This document shows positions 1 to 8,256 of a DNA stretch of 11,225 bases, one piece after another. The translations under genes and the position numbers were made by a program. How positions within the stretch are numbered: the first letter of the stretch is position 1; each line of letters opens with the position of its first letter. The notes beneath the pieces were generated by a model. The model worked only from the letters and a program-made list of their open reading frames with translations. It made no database searches and had not been told where the DNA came from. Source of the stretch: Naegleria gruberi (Eukaryota); assembly GCA_000004985.1 (NCBI GenBank), contig GG739014.1, one strand, 5' to 3'.

Positions 1-52
1 AGCCTTTGAATTTTGTGTATTGTTGCTGCTGCTGTTTTTGTTTGGAGCCATT

Positions 53-58
53 TTTTTA
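53..58 (-). terminator. Possible poly(A) signal (AATAAA on minus strand) for the NHL-repeat gene
   Basis: Plus-strand tttatt at 53-58 reads AATAAA on the minus strand, about 140 nt downstream of the minus-strand stop at 195-197. The surrounding region is T-rich and non-coding. Confidence 0.25.
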
Positions 59-194
59 TTTTTGGTTTCTTGTTGGAATTTCACGTTTTTGTTGGAAATT
101 TTTCTTCTTAAAAGTTTGCTTTCCATTTTCCATTGATTGCTTGATTGTTTTTGCTTTTTTAACAGGAATAAGGATGGAATCAATACATTTGATA

Positions 195-873
195 TTAAGA
201 ATAATTGATAACCTGAATACGAGAATTATTTCTATCAACGAGTAATATTTCCTGTTGTCTTCTATTATAGCACAATCCGTATGGGTGATGGAATTGACCA
301 AGAGATTTTCCCTTACTGCCAAATGTTTGTTCTTCCTGACCAGTAAATCGATCTAGTATTTTCAGAGATGAATGATATGAATCTGAAACGATCAATTTGT
401 AATTGAAGGGACTAACTTGATCTATACAAATTCCAAAAGGAGAATAGAGTGAATTATTTCCAATCTCCTTGACAAGAATCCATTCATTTGGACTAATTTC
501 TCTAATAATATGAATGTTATTCTTGTCTGGACTTGCTATAATTACCTCTCCAAACTTTGTGAAACATTCCACATTGACAATGTTCGGATTCTTCACATGA
601 ATTTCTTTACCCAATGAATAACTCACATATCGAGTAATTGATTGTAAGATACTTCCATCCACAGTTGAAACAATCTTGATAGCATGATTGTAATTATCAG
701 CCACAAACACCACATTATCCCTGAATGTCTTTCCATACGAAATGGAAATTGATGATGGTTCCTTAAATTCTGTCCTCCCACTTTCATCCAAAATTCCTAC
801 ACACCACGTATAATCCCTATCAAGAGCTCCCAACTTGATATTATTGGTCTTCCACAATACCTTTAAATTCACC
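195..873 (-). CDS. C-terminal fragment of an NHL-repeat (six-bladed beta-propeller type) protein; upstream part lost in assembly gap
   Basis: Open minus-strand frame from gap edge 873 down to stop TAA (revcomp of 195-197). The translation contains several units matching the NHL repeat pattern, e.g. GSKGKSLGQFHHPYGLCYNRRQQEILLVDRNNSRIQVIN, LYSPFGICIDQVSPFNYKLIVSDSYHSSLKILD, FGEVIIASPDKNNIHIIRE and DNVVFVADNYNHAIKIV (Gly-x-Phe...hydrophobic-Val/Ile-Asp...Asn-x-Ile/Val). Confidence 0.7.
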
Positions 874-3800
874 NNNNNNNNNNNNNNNNNNNNNNNNNNN
901 NNNNNNNNNNNNNNNNNNNNNNNNNNNNNNNNNNNNNNNNNNNNNNNNNNNNNNNNNNNNNNNNNNNNNNNNNNNNNNNNNNNNNNNNNNNNNNNNNNNN
1001 NNNNNNNNNNNNNNNNNNNNNNNNNNNNNNNNNNNNNNNNNNNNNNNNNNNNNNNNNNNNNNNNNNNNNNNNNNNNNNNNNNNNNNNNNNNNNNNNNNNN
1101 NNNNNNNNNNNNNNNNNNNNNNNNNNNNNNNNNNNNNNNNNNNNNNNNNNNNNNNNNNNNNNNNNNNNNNNNNNNNNNNNNNNNNNNNNNNNNNNNNNNN
1201 NNNNNNNNNNNNNNNNNNNNNNNNNNNNNNNNNNNNNNNNNNNNNNNNNNNNNNNNNNNNNNNNNNNNNNNNNNNNNNNNNNNNNNNNNNNNNNNNNNNN
1301 NNNNNNNNNNNNNNNNNNNNNNNNNNNNNNNNNNNNNNNNNNNNNNNNNNNNNNNNNNNNNNNNNNNNNNNNNNNNNNNNNNNNNNNNNNNNNNNNNNNN
1401 NNNNNNNNNNNNNNNNNNNNNNNNNNNNNNNNNNNNNNNNNNNNNNNNNNNNNNNNNNNNNNNNNNNNNNNNNNNNNNNNNNNNNNNNNNNNNNNNNNNN
1501 NNNNNNNNNNNNNNNNNNNNNNNNNNNNNNNNNNNNNNNNNNNNNNNNNNNNNNNNNNNNNNNNNNNNNNNNNNNNNNNNNNNNNNNNNNNNNNNNNNNN
1601 NNNNNNNNNNNNNNNNNNNNNNNNNNNNNNNNNNNNNNNNNNNNNNNNNNNNNNNNNNNNNNNNNNNNNNNNNNNNNNNNNNNNNNNNNNNNNNNNNNNN
1701 NNNNNNNNNNNNNNNNNNNNNNNNNNNNNNNNNNNNNNNNNNNNNNNNNNNNNNNNNNNNNNNNNNNNNNNNNNNNNNNNNNNNNNNNNNNNNNNNNNNN
1801 NNNNNNNNNNNNNNNNNNNNNNNNNNNNNNNNNNNNNNNNNNNNNNNNNNNNNNNNNNNNNNNNNNNNNNNNNNNNNNNNNNNNNNNNNNNNNNNNNNNN
1901 NNNNNNNNNNNNNNNNNNNNNNNNNNNNNNNNNNNNNNNNNNNNNNNNNNNNNNNNNNNNNNNNNNNNNNNNNNNNNNNNNNNNNNNNNNNNNNNNNNNN
2001 NNNNNNNNNNNNNNNNNNNNNNNNNNNNNNNNNNNNNNNNNNNNNNNNNNNNNNNNNNNNNNNNNNNNNNNNNNNNNNNNNNNNNNNNNNNNNNNNNNNN
2101 NNNNNNNNNNNNNNNNNNNNNNNNNNNNNNNNNNNNNNNNNNNNNNNNNNNNNNNNNNNNNNNNNNNNNNNNNNNNNNNNNNNNNNNNNNNNNNNNNNNN
2201 NNNNNNNNNNNNNNNNNNNNNNNNNNNNNNNNNNNNNNNNNNNNNNNNNNNNNNNNNNNNNNNNNNNNNNNNNNNNNNNNNNNNNNNNNNNNNNNNNNNN
2301 NNNNNNNNNNNNNNNNNNNNNNNNNNNNNNNNNNNNNNNNNNNNNNNNNNNNNNNNNNNNNNNNNNNNNNNNNNNNNNNNNNNNNNNNNNNNNNNNNNNN
2401 NNNNNNNNNNNNNNNNNNNNNNNNNNNNNNNNNNNNNNNNNNNNNNNNNNNNNNNNNNNNNNNNNNNNNNNNNNNNNNNNNNNNNNNNNNNNNNNNNNNN
2501 NNNNNNNNNNNNNNNNNNNNNNNNNNNNNNNNNNNNNNNNNNNNNNNNNNNNNNNNNNNNNNNNNNNNNNNNNNNNNNNNNNNNNNNNNNNNNNNNNNNN
2601 NNNNNNNNNNNNNNNNNNNNNNNNNNNNNNNNNNNNNNNNNNNNNNNNNNNNNNNNNNNNNNNNNNNNNNNNNNNNNNNNNNNNNNNNNNNNNNNNNNNN
2701 NNNNNNNNNNNNNNNNNNNNNNNNNNNNNNNNNNNNNNNNNNNNNNNNNNNNNNNNNNNNNNNNNNNNNNNNNNNNNNNNNNNNNNNNNNNNNNNNNNNN
2801 NNNNNNNNNNNNNNNNNNNNNNNNNNNNNNNNNNNNNNNNNNNNNNNNNNNNNNNNNNNNNNNNNNNNNNNNNNNNNNNNNNNNNNNNNNNNNNNNNNNN
2901 NNNNNNNNNNNNNNNNNNNNNNNNNNNNNNNNNNNNNNNNNNNNNNNNNNNNNNNNNNNNNNNNNNNNNNNNNNNNNNNNNNNNNNNNNNNNNNNNNNNN
3001 NNNNNNNNNNNNNNNNNNNNNNNNNNNNNNNNNNNNNNNNNNNNNNNNNNNNNNNNNNNNNNNNNNNNNNNNNNNNNNNNNNNNNNNNNNNNNNNNNNNN
3101 NNNNNNNNNNNNNNNNNNNNNNNNNNNNNNNNNNNNNNNNNNNNNNNNNNNNNNNNNNNNNNNNNNNNNNNNNNNNNNNNNNNNNNNNNNNNNNNNNNNN
3201 NNNNNNNNNNNNNNNNNNNNNNNNNNNNNNNNNNNNNNNNNNNNNNNNNNNNNNNNNNNNNNNNNNNNNNNNNNNNNNNNNNNNNNNNNNNNNNNNNNNN
3301 NNNNNNNNNNNNNNNNNNNNNNNNNNNNNNNNNNNNNNNNNNNNNNNNNNNNNNNNNNNNNNNNNNNNNNNNNNNNNNNNNNNNNNNNNNNNNNNNNNNN
3401 NNNNNNNNNNNNNNNNNNNNNNNNNNNNNNNNNNNNNNNNNNNNNNNNNNNNNNNNNNNNNNNNNNNNNNNNNNNNNNNNNNNNNNNNNNNNNNNNNNNN
3501 NNNNNNNNNNNNNNNNNNNNNNNNNNNNNNNNNNNNNNNNNNNNNNNNNNNNNNNNNNNNNNNNNNNNNNNNNNNNNNNNNNNNNNNNNNNNNNNNNNNN
3601 NNNNNNNNNNNNNNNNNNNNNNNNNNNNNNNNNNNNNNNNNNNNNNNNNNNNNNNNNNNNNNNNNNNNNNNNNNNNNNNNNNNNNNNNNNNNNNNNNNNN
3701 NNNNNNNNNNNNNNNNNNNNNNNNNNNNNNNNNNNNNNNNNNNNNNNNNNNNNNNNNNNNNNNNNNNNNNNNNNNNNNNNNNNNNNNNNNNNNNNNNNNN

Positions 3801-4933
3801 NNNNNNNNNNNNNNNNNNNNNNNNNNNNNNNNNNNNNNNNNNNNNNNNNNNNNNNNNNNNNNNNNNNNNNNNNNNNNNNNNNNNNNNNNNNNNNNNNNNN
3901 NNNNNNNNNNNNNNNNNNNNNNNNNNNNNNNNNNNNNNNNNNNNNNNNNNNNNNNNNNNNNNNNNNNNNNNNNNNNNNNNNNNNNNNNNNNNNNNNNNNN
4001 NNNNNNNNNNNNNNNNNNNNNNNNNNNNNNNNNNNNNNNNNNNNNNNNNNNNNNNNNNNNNNNNNNNNNNNNNNNNNNNNNNNNNNNNNNNNNNNNNNNN
4101 NNNNNNNNNNNNNNNNNNNNNNNNNNNNNNNNNNNNNNNNNNNNNNNNNNNNNNNNNNNNNNNNNNNNNNNNNNNNNNNNNNNNNNNNNNNNNNNNNNNN
4201 NNNNNNNNNNNNNNNNNNNNNNNNNNNNNNNNNNNNNNNNNNNNNNNNNNNNNNNNNNNNNNNNNNNNNNNNNNNNNNNNNNNNNNNNNNNNNNNNNNNN
4301 NNNNNNNNNNNNNNNNNNNNNNNNNNNNNNNNNNNNNNNNNNNNNNNNNNNNNNNNNNNNNNNNNNNNNNNNNNNNNNNNNNNNNNNNNNNNNNNNNNNN
4401 NNNNNNNNNNNNNNNNNNNNNNNNNNNNNNNNNNNNNNNNNNNNNNNNNNNNNNNNNNNNNNNNNNNNNNNNNNNNNNNNNNNNNNNNNNNNNNNNNNNN
4501 NNNNNNNNNNNNNNNNNNNNNNNNNNNNNNNNNNNNNNNNNNNNNNNNNNNNNNNNNNNNNNNNNNNNNNNNNNNNNNNNNNNNNNNNNNNNNNNNNNNN
4601 NNNNNNNNNNNNNNNNNNNNNNNNNNNNNNNNNNNNNNNNNNNNNNNNNNNNNNNNNNNNNNNNNNNNNNNNNNNNNNNNNNNNNNNNNNNNNNNNNNNN
4701 NNNNNNNNNNNNNNNNNNNNNNNNNNNNNNNNNNNNNNNNNNNNNNNNNNNNNNNNNNNNNNNNNNNNNNNNNNNNNNNNNNNNNNNNNNNNNNNNNNNN
4801 NNNNNNNNNNNNNNNNNNNNNNNNNNNNNNNNNNNNNNNNNNNNNNNNNNNNNNNNNNNNNNNNNNNNNNNNNNNNNNNNNNNNNNNNNNNNNNNNNNNN
4901 NNNNNNNNNNNNNNNNNNNNNNNNNNNNNNNNN
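874..4933. other. Assembly gap (4060 N)
   Basis: Uninterrupted run of n. Frames reported across it by the ORF track are meaningless. Confidence 1.
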
Positions 4934-5301
4934 TGAGTGAGAGCATTAATTGCTTTATGAGTGTCTGAACTTAACGAAATATCTAATATATTATTGGTTT
5001 TCAATTGATTCTCAATGGTTTTCAATAAACTTTCCTGATCTGAAGCATCTACTTTTTCTGCAATATGAATTTTCTTCCACTTTTCAATGCCTGCTTTTTT
5101 TTTTTTTTGAACCTTAATTTCCAATTCTGTCATGTCAGCCAATTTGATTCCAATGGTGTCTGGAATAACAATCTTTCCTTCTTTATCCACAATGATGAAA
5201 TAACTATCATCCTTTGTCTCCATTTGATCTTTGTTTTCGGAAACTGCAAGTTGATATTCTTGTGCATTGATTTGTTTAAATCTTCTAAATTCGAAACCCA
5301 T
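4934..5301 (-). CDS. N-terminal fragment of a protein-coding gene (MGFEFRRFKQINAQEY...), continues into the gap; may be the same gene as the NHL fragment
   Basis: ATG (revcomp of 5299-5301) in an A-rich Kozak-like context (aaaaaATGG). The frame is open for about 122 codons down to the gap edge at 4934. Charged, lysine-rich sequence with a coiled-coil flavour. No family recognised. Confidence 0.5.
5095..5108 (-). repeat. A14 homopolymer inside the coding sequence (T14 on plus strand) encoding Q-K-K-K-K
   Basis: tgc-T14-gaacc on the plus strand reads gtt caa aaa aaa aaa aaa gca ggc (VQKKKKAG) on the minus strand. Confidence 0.8.
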
Positions 5302-6142
5302 TTTTTATGTTTAATTTTATGTGCAAAGTTTTTAGTAAGATTACTTCTTGATTTTAGAATTTTTAATGAAAAAGGAAGATCAACATATTTATACTAGTGT
5401 CATTTTAGTCTTGTTTCTTTTCAAGCACAAAATGTTTTCATATTGTATCGTAATTCAGATCCATTCCAATGTAATAACTTTTGATTGGAGGTAAAGAAGG
5501 GTCCAAGTTGTGAAATTAGTTCTACTTATTAGAGTTTTACTCAAAGCCATCAATAAGAACGAAGCTCCAATCTGCAATCTGGAGTGGAACATACACCATA
5601 GCTTCTATCAATAGCAGAAAGAAAGCCATTGTATGATCAGCCGAATACAATGATCAACAATTCAAATACAAATATTATTCTCTACCTCATTAGATGCAGT
5701 ACCAAGCCATTTCATAATCTTCCAAAGAGTAAGAATTAAAAAACTTCAAAATCATTAGAGTTTCAACATATAAAATATGCATCTCATCCCGTTCAATAAG
5801 AGGAAGTGACACACAAGAAGAACTTTCTATACATTTTGTTGATTTGGGCACTCCCGTTTATTCCCCACACAAAAAACCCGAAATGTTTCTATAATCGGAG
5901 CTATTACAGTGTGACTATGGGGTCGATATCTCTCCTTTGCTGCGTGGAATTACTGATTGGAATATTAAGGGAGAGGGATAACAAGTTCATCCATTGATCG
6001 TAACATCTTTTTACTGCAGTTTCACCATCCAATCATCATGAACTATGCGCGTAATTGAAAGCAGTAAGGCCGGTTTACACCACCCAAACGAGGTCATCAA
6101 TTGAAGATTCAGTGGGTGATATTCTTCGACTTAGATAAGCTG

Positions 6143-6150
6143 TATAAATA
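6143..6150 (+). promoter_or_regulatory. TATA box (TATAAATA) for the downstream small secreted-protein gene
   Basis: Canonical tataaata about 55 bp upstream of ATG 6206. The leader between them is A-rich (cacaaaaaaaacaaaacaaaATG). Confidence 0.4.
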
Positions 6151-6205
6151 CAGAGCATCCTCTCCATCTCTTTGAAAACATTATTCACAAAAAAAACAAA
6201 ACAAA

Positions 6206-6566
6206 ATGAACGCAAAGATTATCATTGCCTGTCTCTTGATCGCTGTCTTGTGCTTTGCCACTTTCGGTATGGCTGCTGTGAGTATTTTCAATTTTAAATA
6301 TGCTTATTAATAATCTATTAATCCTTAATAATATTCAGGCTGCTAAGAAGAACCTTAGAAAGGCTCCAGTTGCTAGAAGAGCTTCCACTAAAGCTGTTAG
6401 AACTACCAAACCAACCAAGACTACCAAGACTTTTAAGCCAAAGAAAGCCGGTAAGCCAAAGAAGGCTCCAGTTGTTGTCAAGAAGAGCACTGTTTCCACC
6501 AAGAGTGTTGGTTCTGCTCCAGCTGTCAAAAAGCCTTTCAAGCTTAAGCCAATCTATAATTTTTAA
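6206..6566 (+). CDS. Small secreted, highly basic (Lys/Arg/Pro/Thr-rich, histone-H1-tail-like) protein; two exons (6206-6277, 6339-6566) with a 61-nt phase-0 intron
   Basis: Exon 1 starts at ATG 6206 and encodes MNAKIIIACLLIAVLCFATFGMAA, a typical hydrophobic signal peptide. GTGAGT at 6278 and ...ttcag ending at 6338 define a 61-nt intron that carries in-frame stops. Exon 2 continues in the same frame as AAKKNLRKAPVARRASTKAVRTTKPTKTTKTFKPKKAGKPKKAPVVVKKSTVSTKSVGSAPAVKKPFKLKPIYNF and ends at TAA 6564-6566. Codon usage (gct, aag, cca, ggt, aga) is consistent with the other genes. Confidence 0.6.
6278..6338 (+). other. Spliceosomal intron (GTGAGT ... CAG), 61 nt
   Basis: 5' splice site gtgagt at 6278-6283 and 3' acceptor ttcag at 6334-6338. 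The interior is AT-rich with in-frame stop codons. Length is typical of short fungal introns. Confidence 0.55.
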
Positions 6567-6569
6567 TTC

Positions 6570-6575
6570 AATAAA
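6570..6575 (+). terminator. Possible poly(A) signal AATAAA just after the stop of the small basic protein gene
   Basis: ttcaataaaatg lies immediately 3' of TAA 6564-6566. Confidence 0.3.
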
Positions 6576-6646
6576 ATGTTGAACTTGGAGCAATTACTTT
6601 GCAATACTTTGTTATTATTATTTGTAAAGTACGTTTATCAAAATAT

Positions 6647-7093
6647 CTAACCCAATTTATGGGCACTAATCTTGTGGGGGACTCGTTTGTAAATTGAATT
6701 AATTAAGGAATTATATTTTAGATTTTCATCAATATCTATAGTAACAAGAGTTATTACATTACACCCCTTTTCCAATAAATCATCCATAAACAATAAAAAT
6801 CCATATAGAGCTAGATCGTGAGAGTACTCTCCACATAATGTGTCATTAGAAAATTCAATATCGCTGCCGTATTGTTCCACGTGTCGGTAGAATAAAGTAT
6901 GAGCAAATTCTCTAGCAACAAGATTGACGAGACCAACTTGAATCAAACTAAATTCGGGATCGCTCAAAATAACTGTTGTTGGTCTTTTTAATTGGTCCAC
7001 AAGCACTGGCAGTCCAACTATCAACATTTCGGCTAATAAATTCATAAAATCCAAATACCTAAAGGATGTAAGATTTGCACATGCTGTAAACAA
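6647..7093 (-). CDS. Hypothetical protein fragment (no ATG; ORF-track 'M' is a TTG); open frame ends flush against the left 104-bp repeat
   Basis: 148-codon minus-strand open frame ending at TAG (revcomp of 6647-6649). The first codon at 7091-7093 is TTG, not ATG. The codon above it (7094-7096) is still open, and the frame is only closed by a TAA inside the repeat (7112-7114). Contains a degenerate HExxH-like stretch, AREFAHTLFYRH. Family not recognised. Confidence 0.35.
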   Translation of the reverse strand: MFTACANLTSFRYLDFMNLLAEMLIVGLPVLVDQLKRPTTVILSDPEFSLIQVGLVNLVAREFAHTLFYRHVEQYGSDIEFSNDTLCGEYSHDLALYGFLLFMDDLLEKGCNVITLVTIDIDENLKYNSLINSIYKRVPHKISAHKLG

Positions 7094-7096
7094 AAC

Positions 7097-7200
7097 TGTT
7101 CTTATCGAAGTTTACTGAGATAAAGTAGTGTTTCTTGAAAACAACAATTGAATAAACTAATAATAGAAAGTATGCTCAAAAAAATTGTCATACTATGGTC
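7097..7200 (+). repeat. Left copy of a perfect 104-bp direct repeat (LTR-like or att-like); contains the recombinase ORF start codon
   Basis: tgttcttatcgaagtttactgagataaagtagtgtttcttgaaaacaacaattgaataaactaataatagaaagtatgctcaaaaaaattgtcatactATGgtc is identical base-for-base to 10690-10793. The flanks diverge immediately outside. ATG 7195-7197 lies in the last 6 bp. Confidence 0.9.
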
Positions 7201-8256
7201 GCTAAGAAGCCTCAAGATATTGACTCCTCTTCATCTGATGAAGATCTCCCAGCAGTTGAAGTAGAATACCCCACAACACCAGTGAAAGCAAGAAAACAAC
7301 AAGCTGCTAAGAAGCTTAGAAAGTTAAAGGCCATGTCACCTGTAGCTAATAGAAATAAGCGCAAACAATCTACTTCAGTTTCATCATCTAACAGTGCCTT
7401 AGATGATGGTATTTCAACTGTTGTTTCCAGTTCGTTGCTAAGCAATTCAACTTTGTTGGATAGTTCTTCAACTGCACCCTCTTCGTCAAACAATTCGTCT
7501 TCTTCCAATTCAGGTAGAGATAGTTTTGCCAGTAGTTCATCTGAACATGATATCATGGCGATCAAAGCCCAAATGCAAGAAATGATTGGAGTTTTGAGAA
7601 CCGTAATAGGAAATATCTCTGAACTTACTAAGAAAGTTCAGGAGAGAGAAGAAGAATCAGATGATGATTTTGTTAATCCAGAAGCTATATCTCCAGAAGT
7701 TTGGTTACGTCAAACTTATAGAGACCTTAGAAGTTCTTACAATGTTCCTTCATCCATTGGAGATGATTTATTACTATCTGCAGTATCCTCCGAGATACTT
7801 AAAGACCGTAAACAAGAGGAGACCAAGAGAAGAATTCAATATTTGCTCCTTAAATACAAGGATGTGATTTCCAAGTTTGCCCCAGACATTAGATTGGATG
7901 AGATTAACAGTATTGGTTATTCTAAACTAGTAGAGTTAACTCAAATCAAAATTGAATTGTTGGAATATGCATTGAATTCTCCACTTGATTTTACAGTCAT
8001 GACAGAGATTACAGAACTTTGTAGAATGATTTGCAAAGTTGAAGCCCTCTTCCTTAAAGAAGGTTTACAAGTTTCCACTTTCGATGTTGGTAGAGAATTC
8101 CTTAACAGATACATTTCTACTAATAGTTTCGAAACTGCTGCCGAAAGTGAACTTCATAATATTAGAACAACATATCATTACTACAAAGCAACCAAGCAGC
8201 AACAAGGTCCAAAGGGAATTACCAAGAAGTATTCTAAGAAGAAACCGTTTCAAAAG
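7195..8256 (+). CDS. N-terminal part of the element ORF: Ser-rich, acidic/basic low-complexity region with NLS-like basic cluster, then a helical region; runs into the gap
   Basis: ATG 7195 in a good context (actATGg). It opens a 354-codon frame to the gap edge, with codon usage like neighbouring genes. The N-terminal stretch runs MVAKKPQDIDSSSSDEDLPAVEVEYPTTPVKARKQQAAKKLRKLKAMSPVANRNKRKQ... through to ...KKYSKKKPFQK at the gap edge. No RT, RNase H or integrase motifs are visible in this part. Confidence 0.6.

Noticed and set aside
6-322. 79-aa plus-strand and 88-aa minus-strand ORFs at the window start
   Set aside because: Lie in the T-rich 3' flank of the NHL gene with low-complexity translations (CCCCCF, FFF). 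The minus-strand one merely overlaps the true coding-sequence end in another frame.
195-5301. ORF-track entries of 1377-1583 aa spanning the first N run (plus strand 835-4968, minus strand 195-4946 and 841-5301)
   Set aside because: Almost entirely translated N's. Only the sequence outside 874-4933 is informative and frame continuity across a gap of estimated length is meaningless. The plus-strand 835-4968 entry is antisense to the NHL coding sequence and starts at a TTG.
5065-5397. 110-aa plus-strand ORF
   Set aside because: Antisense to the ATG-proximal coding region of the minus-strand gene and extends into promoter DNA. Phe/Leu-rich, typical of AT-rich antisense.
5806-5997. 63-aa plus-strand ORF in the divergent intergenic region
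   Set aside because: Short, with no Kozak context, no homology features and mixed composition. Most likely promoter DNA between the two divergently transcribed genes.
6300-6593. Overlapping small ORFs around 6300-6593 on both strands (plus 6300-6566 'MLINNLLILNNIQ...', plus 6370-6582, minus 6318-6593, minus 6335-6541)
   Set aside because: The plus 6300-6566 entry is the real exon-2 frame extended backwards through the intron (the MLINNLLILNNIQ part is intronic). The others are alternative-frame or antisense shadows of the Lys/Ala/Pro-rich exon.
7212-7565. 117-aa minus-strand ORF antisense to the Ser-rich N-terminus
   Set aside because: Antisense reading of tct/tca/agt-rich serine codons (gives E/D/L-rich frame). 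Typical shadow ORF with no start context or signals.
7661-7867. 68-aa plus-strand ORF inside the element ORF in another frame
   Set aside because: Overlaps the 354-codon frame and is short. No independent support.
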